Source of the DNA: Escherichia coli
Lineage (GTDB): Bacteria > Pseudomonadota > Gammaproteobacteria > Enterobacterales > Enterobacteriaceae
DNA: 32,000 bases
Assembly: GCF_050916125.1 (NCBI RefSeq)
Contig: NZ_CP065821.1
Direction: 5' to 3' (one strand)
Part shown: positions 11,140 through 19,613 of the stretch, in pieces
Layout: each line of letters starts with the position of its first letter
Position numbering within the stretch: the first letter of the stretch is position 1
Notes under the pieces: generated by a model
Database searches by the model: none
Told to the model about the DNA's origin: nothing
Seen by the model: only the letters and a program-made list of their open reading frames with translations
Position numbers and translations under genes: made by a program

Positions 11140-12609
11140 TTATTTGTAGGTTGCGATTGCAATATTGCCTGAGAAATTTCTCCTCCTGTTGCGGAAATCG
11201 TTTTCAGGTAACAAAGAGTCATCCAGAAACCTATAATCTTCAGCGGAACGCTCATTAAGAGAGTCATCCACTGAGTCGTTATGAATATAATCCTCACCGT
11301 ATGTTCGATAAATGAAATTAGCAATATTAAAATCGTTACCAGCTTCATTTATTTCGGCTTTTACAATATAATGAGTTTGTGTGAATGTATGCTGTGAAAA
11401 GTCAGCAAAAAGAAAATTTGTTTTTCCCATCAAAGCACAAAACCCTGGGTTACTATTAAACCCGGCAGAAATAGAATTGCTTGCCTGTATTGCATTAATA
11501 TCCCCCCTATCAAGCGCGACAGGAAATGCCTGTGAACAAGCATAATACAGGTTACCTATTCCTGAAATACTGGAGAGGCAAGAAATAATATTTTCTCTGG
11601 TTTTTTTCTCAACACCATCTTTCTGTAGAGAGTTTCTCACAATATTACATTCATCTGGCGTAAATACAATTTCACTAAAAAGTTTTTCGAAATCTTTATA
11701 TTTTCTAACACCTCCATGACCAGACAAAGCCATGGTTTTACTCCTCAGTAATTCATGGATAGTGCTATTTATTTTAACTCCACAACATGCAATAAATGAG
11801 CTAGCCTCTCCAACATGTCTTGATGCATCAGCAAGAAGTGCACTAAACTCTCCCTCCCGAACATCTAGTTTTTTTATGTCTGATTTATAACTACAATCAT
11901 CTGGAATTAATTTATCTGGAATCAATTCATATTGGATTGATTTATCTGGAGTTGATTGAGTTTGTTCATATAACGCTTTTTTTAATTGGTGCTCAGCATC
12001 AGTAACTCCACTGCTGAGTTCATTTTTAAAATTATTATTAACAACTTCTAACTTAAGAGCATTTGCAGCAACTGTTACTTTTGAGAGTTGATACTTTTCC
12101 AATACATCGTGCTCTGATAATAACCCTATAAACTCTTTCACATTTCGACCACTAAAATCCCTGTCCCTACTCTTTTTTTCCAAACTCTTGCCATTTAACT
12201 CACGATACACATCAGTGACTTTAAATTTATCACTGCCGGTCTGTTCAATTTTTATATAGCTATCCATGCCAGTGGTAGCGATCCATGTTTTATAATTCGC
12301 ATTCGCTGATTCAGGCGTAACATGAAAATAAGAAACCAATTTACCACTGATATCATGCCGATAGATATGAAAAGAATCTAAAATGTATAATAATATATTT
12401 CGGAAAACTTCACGAAAAGTGGCATCTTTAGATAATGTTCTACAATTATCGAGCAGGCCGCTTTGTTCCATCGCATCAAATGCAGCAATATTACCCTCGA
12501 TACTATCTCTTAGACTCTGGCTCAGGCCCTGACTCTGAGTTTGACTCTGAAACTGGCTATTATCATTCTCTGTTTCCGTTGGATATGTATAACTCGTCAC
12601 ACTAACCAT
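11140..12609 (-). CDS. Uncharacterised protein A (about 489 aa), paralogous to the neighbouring gene at 12885-14180; possible secreted/effector-like protein
   Basis: Long AT-rich ORF. The ATG at 12609 has a good Shine-Dalgarno (gcgagg-ttact-ATG) and is preferred over the ORF-track GTG at 12630. Ser/Gln-rich N-terminus MVSVTSYTYPTETENDNSQFQSQTQSQGLSQSL. Confidence 0.8.
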   Translation of the reverse strand: MVSVTSYTYPTETENDNSQFQSQTQSQGLSQSLRDSIEGNIAAFDAMEQSGLLDNCRTLSKDATFREVFRNILLYILDSFHIYRHDISGKLVSYFHVTPESANANYKTWIATTGMDSYIKIEQTGSDKFKVTDVYRELNGKSLEKKSRDRDFSGRNVKEFIGLLSEHDVLEKYQLSKVTVAANALKLEVVNNNFKNELSSGVTDAEHQLKKALYEQTQSTPDKSIQYELIPDKLIPDDCSYKSDIKKLDVREGEFSALLADASRHVGEASSFIACCGVKINSTIHELLRSKTMALSGHGGVRKYKDFEKLFSEIVFTPDECNIVRNSLQKDGVEKKTRENIISCLSSISGIGNLYYACSQAFPVALDRGDINAIQASNSISAGFNSNPGFCALMGKTNFLFADFSQHTFTQTHYIVKAEINEAGNDFNIANFIYRTYGEDYIHNDSVDDSLNERSAEDYRFLDDSLLPENDFRNRRRNFSGNIAIATYK

Positions 12610-12884
12610 AGTAACCTCGCAATATGACACCTTGCATATTTTGACATTTTAGAAGCATCAATGGTTAGCATGATAAATATGTCAATGCTAACCGCTATAT
12701 TTCATTTATTTCAATAATAAGACCATGTGTCGTTAATTTTTAACGATTTTCCCAATGCAATTGCATCACTAATTCTACTTATTCACTATCAAAAATCGCT
12801 CATTTTTTCAAAAAGACTGTTTATACACAGACGGTTAACAATACGCGTTCACCTTAATGATAAACGCGATTTATCAGGCAAAAA

Positions 12885-14180
12885 TCATAAATCAGCAGTT
12901 GTTGCGGCACCGAAAAATGTAAAAGTGACTTTATCGATTTTGGAGTTTTGTTCGTCGACCCTACCGGTAGTAAAATAACGAGAACACTGAAGCTTAACTT
13001 CATTTCCAACATTATTAACCGCCATCGAATACATCTTCTGACTAAACCCATTTATAGTAAAATCCATTTCATTAAGATACTTTCCAGACCCAAAAAAAGC
13101 ATTTCCTGATTTTTTTAAATGCAATGTTAATGAAGTGGCACCATCCAAACTCTTTGAGAGTAACTCGCGAACATCTTGAGATGTATGTTGTAAGCGAGTC
13201 TGATAGCCTTGTGCGGAAGAATAATAAAAACATGTAATCCCCTGAGGACTGGCTAAGCAAGCGATTATTTCATCAATCTTATCATCCGTAATATTACCGT
13301 TTGATTGTTTTAATAATTCTCTTACCTCAGCACAATCATTAACATCAAAGCAAAGCTGTTTAACCATTTCTTCAAGTGTGTTTTGAATATATTTTGGATA
13401 TTGTTCAATTTTTTCAATTTTGTTTGCAAACTTTTTAAGAATATCTTTACTTAACTCAACACCACAGCAAGTTATTTTTGCAGCACCACTTGGTTTAGTT
13501 TGTTCTTTTATACATCTATGAGCATCCATAGTCATAGAGTGTAAATAATCCTCAGTAATATCAATTTTTTCCTGAACAGGTAAATGGCCCTCATCTTTTT
13601 GAATTCGCAGGTTTAATAAATCATATGTATTACTCACAATGTCTGCAGGCATTTCGTAACTACAATCCGTATTCATCATAACAATACTATTAACTAATTT
13701 TTTCCTCAAAACCGTGTCAGCAGAATGTGTTTCTAACGCAGCAGTTTTTTCAGACAGCGATTTGATAATAGTCGCCACAGCCACTCCAGAATATGATGTT
13801 TCTTTTACTATTTTTTTTGTATTTTTTTCACCTGCATCAAACTGTATAACTTTAAAGGATTTGCCACCTGTTTGTTCGATTACGGTATATTCGTTCTCTC
13901 CAGTTGCCGCCATCCAGGTACGATTACCATTATTTTCAGTGCCTGGCATAGGGTGAAAATAGTTAAGGATTTCGGTATTAACACTGCGAGAACCGGACAT
14001 AATATTTGCTATTAAGCGTTTTATTTCCTGTAACATCCATTTTGCGAAATTACTGCCAGGTGAATATTTTTTCTCGTTATTTGTGATATTAAGCTCAGCA
14101 GCAATAATTCTATTTTTATCCAAAAAGGTGGAGGGGCAGGGATTTGACATAATTGTTCCGCTGTTTATAGGGCTTGCCAT
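12885..14180 (-). CDS. Uncharacterised protein B (about 431 aa), paralog of protein A
   Basis: ATG at 14180 is preceded by gtgagg-tatatt. Shares motifs with protein A: NRTWMAATGENEYTVIEQTGGKSFKV, AKITCCGVELS, DEIIACLASPQGITCFYYSSAQ. Confidence 0.8.
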   Translation of the reverse strand: MASPINSGTIMSNPCPSTFLDKNRIIAAELNITNNEKKYSPGSNFAKWMLQEIKRLIANIMSGSRSVNTEILNYFHPMPGTENNGNRTWMAATGENEYTVIEQTGGKSFKVIQFDAGEKNTKKIVKETSYSGVAVATIIKSLSEKTAALETHSADTVLRKKLVNSIVMMNTDCSYEMPADIVSNTYDLLNLRIQKDEGHLPVQEKIDITEDYLHSMTMDAHRCIKEQTKPSGAAKITCCGVELSKDILKKFANKIEKIEQYPKYIQNTLEEMVKQLCFDVNDCAEVRELLKQSNGNITDDKIDEIIACLASPQGITCFYYSSAQGYQTRLQHTSQDVRELLSKSLDGATSLTLHLKKSGNAFFGSGKYLNEMDFTINGFSQKMYSMAVNNVGNEVKLQCSRYFTTGRVDEQNSKIDKVTFTFFGAATTADL

Positions 14181-14340
14181 AATATACCTCACGATGAACC
14201 ATTAATTAATAGAATGCTGGTCATGACCACTGGTATAGACAGCAATCAGAATTTAACACCATCGCTGGAAATTTTTAGCCCTAACTGTCAACCCCCTGGT
14301 TATCGGTGCAGCGACTTAAATTAACGTCCTGGGCTAATAA

Positions 14341-14369
14341 ATTGTGCCTGAGATGGTCTCTGGCACAAT
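14341..14369. terminator. Hairpin between the island and ilvN, possible ilvBN terminator
   Basis: attgtgcc...ggcacaat 8-bp perfect stem with an additional internal gaga/tctc pairing; only a weak T-rich tract follows on the minus strand. Confidence 0.4.
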
Positions 14370-14444
14370 TTCACCCTATATATCTGAACGGATCTATCAA
14401 AAATCGCTCATCAGTAACCCCCCCGAGCGGTTTAATATTGCTCC

Positions 14445-14735
14445 TTACTGAAAAAACACCGCAATCTTGTTAAACATTGTCGGATCGGACTGATTACGCT
14501 GCACTTTCACCACATCTTCCAGCTTATCGATTTGGCTTATCATCTGCTCCAGACGCTGGTCGTCATTGACCAGTAGCCAGATATGGCTTTTGTCGCTGTC
14601 CTGAATCGGCAGGCAGAGAATGCCTTCGACGTTAAAAGCGCGACGGGCAAAAAGGCCACAAACGTGGGTCATTACGCCCGGATGGTTGCGAACGGTGAGT
14701 TCGAGAATCACGTTGTCATGAGTTGTGTTTTGCAT
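14445..14735 (-). CDS. ilvN: Acetolactate synthase I small (regulatory) subunit (96 aa)
   Basis: [44 protein letters not shown]; ACT domain. Confidence 0.97.
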
Positions 14736-14738
14736 GGC

Positions 14739-16427
14739 TTATTCCCCCACCATTTCAGTATTCGCCGCACCTGGCGGCACCATCGGGTACACTTTTTCTT
14801 CGGCATCAATGCGCACATGGATCAGTGCCGGACCAGGGCGATTGATGATTTCCTGCAATGCAGCCTGCGGATCGGCTTCGTTATTCAAATCACAGGTTTC
14901 GAGGCCGAATCCGGCGGCAATTTGCATAAAGTTGATTTTGCCCGGATAGGTGGCAGCAAAAACGCCCTGCTTGTAGAACAGACTCTGTTGCTGATGCACC
15001 AGCCCCAGCGCTTCGTTGTTCATCAGAATGATTTTGACATCCAGCTGGTTTTCGCTGGCAGTCGCCATCTCCTGAATATTCATCATCAGGCTGCCGTCGC
15101 CGGAGAAGCACAACACTTTGCGATCCGGGTTCGCCAGCGCCGCGCCAATCGCCGTAGGCAGGCCAAAACCCATCGTGCCCAGCCCACCGGAGGTCAGCCA
15201 CTGGCGTGGGCGATTGAGCGGATAAGCTTGCGCGGTCCACATCTGATGCTGACCCACGTCGGTGGTGATAATCGCGCTGTCATCGACACAGGCGGCAACG
15301 GCGTTGATCAGGCCGTAATGGCTTAACGGATCGCACGCTTTCGGGATTGGACACGGGAATTCGCGCTGCAAATCCGCTACCAACTGGTGCCACTCTGCAC
15401 GCGGTTGCGCTTCCACCAGCGGGATCAACTGCGCCAGCACGTCATCAACATCCGCCTGGATCGCCACATGTGGCTGCTTGATTTTACCCAGCTCTGCGCG
15501 GTCGATATCGACATGAATAATTTTGGCATTCGGGCAGAACTGCTCGGTTTTGCCAATCGCCCGGTCATCAAAACGCGCGCCGAGAACAATCAGCAGATCC
15601 GCCTCCTGCAAGATATAGTTGGTGCTGCGCACGCCGTGCATTCCCAGCATACCCAGCGACAACGGATGCGCTTTTGGCAACATGCCCAGCGCCATTAAAG
15701 TCATGGTGGTAGGCAGCTGCGCTTTCTCCGCCAGTTCACGCACTCGCGCAGGCGCATTGATCACACCACCGCCCAGATAAAGCACCGGGCGTTTGGCAGC
15801 ATTAATCATTGCCGCTGCGTCACGAATGCTTTCTTCGCTAAAGGCGGGCGCGACGGCTTTTTCTGCCACCGCGGGCTGTGCTTCAATCTCAAAAACTGCC
15901 GTTTGCACATCCTTAGGAATGTCTATCCACACCGGGCCAGGGCGGCCTGATTGCGCAATGCGGAAGGCATCGCTCATGACCTGCGGGAGTTCTTCGATAT
16001 GTCTGACCAGATAGTTGTGTTTGGTGATGGGGATAGAGATGCCGTAGGTGTCCACTTCCTGGAAGGCGTCGGTGCCAATCATCGAGGCAGGAACCTGACC
16101 GGTGATGCAAATCAGCGGGATGGAATCCAGCCGCGCATCGGCAATGGCGGTCACCAGGTTAGTCGCACCCGGTCCGCTACAGGCCATACAGACCGCCGGT
16201 TTACCGTCGGTGCGCGCCATTCCCTGAGCGATAAACCCCGCGCCCTGTTCATGGCGAGCCAGAATATGGCGGATTTGCGTGCTTTGGCTTAAGGCATCGT
16301 AAACAGGCAGGATAGAACCGCCCGGAATGCCCGTCACAATCTTAATGCCCTGCTGTTCCAGGAAATGAACGATAAATTCTGCGCCGGTAAAGCGCTTACG
16401 CGTCGATGTTGTGCCCGAACTTGCCAT
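14739..16427 (-). CDS. ilvB: Acetolactate synthase I large (catalytic) subunit (562 aa)
   Basis: ThDP enzyme: TGAEFIVHFLEQQGIKIVTGIPGGSILPVYDAL... and CFSGDGSLMMNIQEMATA. Confidence 0.98.
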   Translation of the reverse strand: MASSGTTSTRKRFTGAEFIVHFLEQQGIKIVTGIPGGSILPVYDALSQSTQIRHILARHEQGAGFIAQGMARTDGKPAVCMACSGPGATNLVTAIADARLDSIPLICITGQVPASMIGTDAFQEVDTYGISIPITKHNYLVRHIEELPQVMSDAFRIAQSGRPGPVWIDIPKDVQTAVFEIEAQPAVAEKAVAPAFSEESIRDAAAMINAAKRPVLYLGGGVINAPARVRELAEKAQLPTTMTLMALGMLPKAHPLSLGMLGMHGVRSTNYILQEADLLIVLGARFDDRAIGKTEQFCPNAKIIHVDIDRAELGKIKQPHVAIQADVDDVLAQLIPLVEAQPRAEWHQLVADLQREFPCPIPKACDPLSHYGLINAVAACVDDSAIITTDVGQHQMWTAQAYPLNRPRQWLTSGGLGTMGFGLPTAIGAALANPDRKVLCFSGDGSLMMNIQEMATASENQLDVKIILMNNEALGLVHQQQSLFYKQGVFAATYPGKINFMQIAAGFGLETCDLNNEADPQAALQEIINRPGPALIHVRIDAEEKVYPMVPPGAANTEMVGE

Positions 16428-16475
16428 GCTCCAGTCCTTTTCTTCTGGGCCGACTTTCCGGGAGGTGCTTAAACG

Positions 16476-16509
16476 AAAAACCCCGCCCGGTTTGCGCCGG
16501 CGGGGTTTT
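16476..16509 (-). terminator. ilvBN attenuator terminator
   Basis: Minus strand aaaaccccgccggcgcaaaccgggcggggttttt lies between the ivbL stop and ilvB. Confidence 0.88.
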
Positions 16510-16532
16510 GGAATCGTGTGTTGTTCCAGTCC

Positions 16533-16631
16533 CTACGGCGCATTGCCGACGACCACCACCACACGCACGACGACCACTGCGGCGGATGGCGCAGTTGGTA
16601 GTAGTTTTGCGTTGAACATGGAAGTAGTCAT
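16533..16631 (-). CDS. ivbL: ilvBN operon leader peptide (32 aa, Val-rich)
   Basis: Reverse strand translation: MTTSMFNAKLLPTAPSAAVVVVRVVVVVGNAP*, immediately upstream of the attenuator. Confidence 0.95.
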   Translation of the reverse strand: MTTSMFNAKLLPTAPSAAVVVVRVVVVVGNAP

Positions 16632-16760
16632 TGGGGACCTTGTTGGTTTTGTGTTTAACAATATTTATACAAGCACAGCTTTACAGGGGAGACAATGGAA
16701 AATTTTTCAGCAAGGGAAAATTGAGGGGTTGATCACGTTTTGTACTGAATTGCAGGTAAC

Positions 16761-16835
16761 AAAAAACCCCGCCGGAGCGAGGTTTCGTCAGTCGCCTGCG
16801 GCTGGTAACCGCAAAGCACACTGTATTATGTCAAC
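16761..16835 (-). ncRNA. istR: IstR-1 sRNA, antisense regulator of tisB
   Basis: Minus strand gttgacataatacagtgtgctttgcggttaccagccgcaggcgactgacgaaacctcgctccggcggggtttttt; 75 nt ending in a terminator; divergent from tisB. Confidence 0.92.
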
Positions 16836-16941
16836 ACTGAAAGTATACGTGTTCCGCGCAGAACGCGCAATTTCGGCACGAATTTTGACGTATTTAGTGC
16901 ATAGTTGAGTATCGATCACAGTTTGCGTTTTGTCCAAATAT

Positions 16942-16961
16942 TACTGTTTATTTATACAGTA
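16942..16961. promoter_or_regulatory. LexA box (SOS operator)
   Basis: tactgtttatttatacagta, near-perfect match to TACTGT(AT)4ACAGTA; followed by a -10-like tataat at 16968-16973. Confidence 0.93.
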
Positions 16962-17073
16962 AACTTCTATAATATCACTGTACGCAATGTGTTATGTGGG
17001 GGCCGCATCGTTACCCGGCGCACTAAGTCCTGGCTGAAACGGGTGGTGCCGTCAGCGCCTTAACCCCGCGTGA

Positions 17074-17093
17074 GCACACTGTGTTATGTCAAC
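17074..17093 (+). promoter_or_regulatory. IstR-1 target / standby ribosome region in the tisAB leader
   Basis: gcacactgtgttatgtcaac is complementary to the IstR-1 5' end (one G-U wobble). Confidence 0.85.
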
Positions 17094-17195
17094 GAGCACA
17101 ACGTTTCTCCTTGAGATACCGCGTGCACAACAGCTGGCAACAGGCAGCGGAAAGGTACGTCAGCTGGCAGTGCTCCTGAACCACAGGAGACGCGT

Positions 17196-17285
17196 ATGAG
17201 CCTGGTGGATATCGCCATTCTTATCCTCAAACTCATTGTTGCAGCACTGCAACTGCTTGATGCTGTTCTGAAATACCTGAAGTAA
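17196..17285 (+). CDS. tisB: Toxic membrane peptide TisB (29 aa)
   Basis: atgagcctggtggatatcgcc... translates to MSLVDIAILILKLIVAALQLLDAVLKYLK*; RBS acaggaga upstream. Confidence 0.95.
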   Translation: MSLVDIAILILKLIVAALQLLDAVLKYLK

Positions 17286-17354
17286 TTCAGATTCAAGTCG
17301 CACTAAAGGGGAGCGGGTAACCGCTCCCCTTTTATATTTAGCGTGCGGGTTGGT

Positions 17355-17390
17355 GTCGGATGCGATGCTGATGCATCTTATCCGCCCTAC
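17355..17390. repeat. REP-like palindrome
   Basis: gtcggatgcgatgctgatgcatcttatccgccctac. Confidence 0.65.
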
Positions 17391-17564
17391 CATCCCTCCC
17401 GGCAACATTTATTGCCGCTTTTGTTTACATATTCTGCCGCTAAACAATTCCCCATTCCTGGCGTATATCTGGCTAACATTTATCAATGTGATAGATTCCT
17501 CTCCCGCATTTATGGGAATGCGTAGTGACTTATTCTAATTATTTTTATAAAAGCATCCGTGATA

Positions 17565-18749
17565 ATGAAAAGGCATAGAAACGTCAATTTGTTATTGATG
17601 TTGGTATTACTCGTGGCCGTCGGTCAGATGGCGCAAACCATTTATATTCCAGCTATTGCCGATATGGCGCGCGATCTCAACGTCCGTGAAGGGGCGGTGC
17701 AGAGCGTAATGGGCGCTTATCTGCTGACTTACGGTGTCTCACAGCTGTTTTATGGCCCAATTTCCGACCGTGTGGGTCGCCGACCGGTGATCCTCGTCGG
17801 AATGTCCATTTTTATGCTGGCAACGCTGGTCGCGGTCACGACCTCCAGTTTGACAGTATTGATTGCCGCCAGCGCGATGCAGGGGATGGGCACCGGCGTT
17901 GGCGGCGTAATGGCGCGTACTTTGCCGCGTGATTTATATGAACGGACACAGTTGCGCCATGCTAATAGCCTGTTAAACATGGGAATTCTTGTCAGTCCGT
18001 TGCTCGCACCGCTAATCGGCGGTCTGCTGGATACGATGTGGAACTGGCGCGCCTGTTATCTCTTTTTGTTGGTACTTTGTGCCGGTGTGACCTTCAGTAT
18101 GGCCCGCTGGATGCCAGAAACGCGTCCGGTCGACGCACCGCGCACACGCCTGCTTACCAGTTATAAAACGCTTTTCGGTAACAGCGGTTTTAACTGTTAT
18201 TTGCTGATGCTGATTGGCGGTCTGGCCGGGATTGCCGCCTTTGAAGCCTGCTCCGGCGTGCTGATGGGCGCGGTGTTAGGGCTGAGCAGTATGACGGTCA
18301 GTATTTTGTTTATTCTGCCGATTCCGGCGGCATTTTTTGGGGCATGGTTTGCCGGACGTCCTAATAAACGCTTCTCAACGTTAATGTGGCAGTCGGTTAT
18401 CTGCTGCCTGCTGGCTGGCTTGCTGATGTGGATCCCCGACTGGTTTGGCGTGATGAATGTCTGGACGCTGCTCGTTCCCGCCGCGCTGTTCTTTTTCGGT
18501 GCCGGGATGCTGTTTCCGCTGGCGACCAGCGGCGCGATGGAACCGTTCCCCTTCCTGGCGGGCACGGCTGGCGCGCTGGTCGGCGGTCTGCAAAACATTG
18601 GTTCCGGCGTGCTGGCGTCGCTCTCTGCGATGTTGCCGCAAACCGGTCAGGGCAGCCTGGGGTTGTTGATGACCTTAATGGGATTGTTGATCGTGCTGTG
18701 CTGGCTACCGCTGGCGACGCGGATGTCGCATCAGGGGCAGCCCGTTTAA
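17565..18749 (+). CDS. emrD: Multidrug efflux MFS transporter EmrD (394 aa)
   Basis: MKRHRNVNLLLMLVLLVAVGQMAQTIYIPAIADMARDLNVREGAVQSVMGAYLL; DHA1-type MFS. Confidence 0.95.
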   Translation: MKRHRNVNLLLMLVLLVAVGQMAQTIYIPAIADMARDLNVREGAVQSVMGAYLLTYGVSQLFYGPISDRVGRRPVILVGMSIFMLATLVAVTTSSLTVLIAASAMQGMGTGVGGVMARTLPRDLYERTQLRHANSLLNMGILVSPLLAPLIGGLLDTMWNWRACYLFLLVLCAGVTFSMARWMPETRPVDAPRTRLLTSYKTLFGNSGFNCYLLMLIGGLAGIAAFEACSGVLMGAVLGLSSMTVSILFILPIPAAFFGAWFAGRPNKRFSTLMWQSVICCLLAGLLMWIPDWFGVMNVWTLLVPAALFFFGAGMLFPLATSGAMEPFPFLAGTAGALVGGLQNIGSGVLASLSAMLPQTGQGSLGLLMTLMGLLIVLCWLPLATRMSHQGQPV

Positions 18750-18756
18750 GCTCACG

Positions 18757-19254
18757 TCACCGCAGCATCGTCATCAGCTCCATGGGAGAACGATGCTGCT
18801 TTATCAGATCACGCATCACCCGCATATGCGGTGCGGAGTAAGAATAAAACGCCTGATAGCCCGCACATAGCACGCTGTCTGGCGTCTCCTCCCGAGCGTG
18901 CGGGCACAGCCGATGCCAGTCGCACGCCTGGCAGCCACGGCGCGGTTGCGGGTTTTCGCTGCCACACCATTTTTGTAATGTGGCGTCAAAAAGCTCAATC
19001 GAGATACGACTGATATCTGCCCGCACCCAACACTCAAACAGGGCAATTAAAAATTTCCCCCACAGCTCTGCTGTCACCGAAGCGGCCGTCAGATCGCCCC
19101 GGTCATCAAATTCAAGATGGGGAATGAGCTGTACGGAGCGGATACCCCGTTGTTTGAAATTGTGATAAAAATCGGCAGGTTGCAGAGCATCCTTGTACTC
19201 TACAACCAGTTTATGCCTGTCCTCTTCAGCATCAATGACCTGACTTCCTGTCAT
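18757..19254 (-). CDS. yidF: YidF, resembles the C-terminal part of anaerobic sulfatase-maturating enzymes
   Basis: SVTAELWGKFLIALFECWVRADISRISIELFDATLQKWCG and CQACDWHRLCPHAREETPDSVLCAGYQAFYSYSAPHMRVMRDLIKQHRSPMELM; no CxxxCxxC motif. Confidence 0.85.
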   Translation of the reverse strand: MTGSQVIDAEEDRHKLVVEYKDALQPADFYHNFKQRGIRSVQLIPHLEFDDRGDLTAASVTAELWGKFLIALFECWVRADISRISIELFDATLQKWCGSENPQPRRGCQACDWHRLCPHAREETPDSVLCAGYQAFYSYSAPHMRVMRDLIKQHRSPMELMTMLR

Positions 19255-19613
19255 GCGACTCTCTCAATAAATACGATAAGTTGATGTATATGCGTTACAG
19301 CAAACAGTATTGCGAGAGATAACACCGCGAGGGAGATCAAAAATTTGTCACGGACTACGTGAAATTGGGAAAAATCGCTATTCGTGACATCCATTAAATT
19401 GCGATTACGGGTGTAGTGCCAGAGGATCAGCGCCACGATGGCGAGAATGCCAATCGAAATCCAGAATAACATGCCCGCCTGGTGCCAGTTGTGTTTGATA
19501 GCCAACGCCATCAACGCGCCGTAGCCCAGCATGGTACGAAACCACGCCAGTGATGTGCGCTCCGGCTGCAGTCCTGGGTCGGCAATGCGTCTGGCTTTGC
19601 GGCTATCCGGCAT
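19251..19613 (-). CDS. yidG: YidG, DUF202 inner-membrane protein (120 aa)
   Basis: LQPERTSLAWFRTMLGYGALMALAIKHNW plus hydrophobic segments. Confidence 0.92.
   Translation of the reverse strand: MPDSRKARRIADPGLQPERTSLAWFRTMLGYGALMALAIKHNWHQAGMLFWISIGILAIVALILWHYTRNRNLMDVTNSDFSQFHVVRDKFLISLAVLSLAILFAVTHIHQLIVFIERVA

Noticed and set aside
12727-12978. 83-aa plus-strand ORF between and into the two island genes
   Set aside because: Partly antisense to protein B; no evident domain. Cannot be excluded, but not supported as a gene.
14583-15326. 247-aa plus-strand ORF overlapping ilvN/ilvB
   Set aside because: Antisense shadow of the GC-rich ilvB/ilvN coding sequence; the translation has no recognisable domain.
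16533-16600. Apparent low-complexity repeat cgacgaccaccaccacacgcacgacgaccac
   Set aside because: Explained by the valine codon run of the ivbL leader peptide on the minus strand.
18197-18641. Minus-strand ORFs (133 and 86 aa) inside emrD
   Set aside because: Opposite-strand shadows of a clear MFS gene with low-complexity translations.
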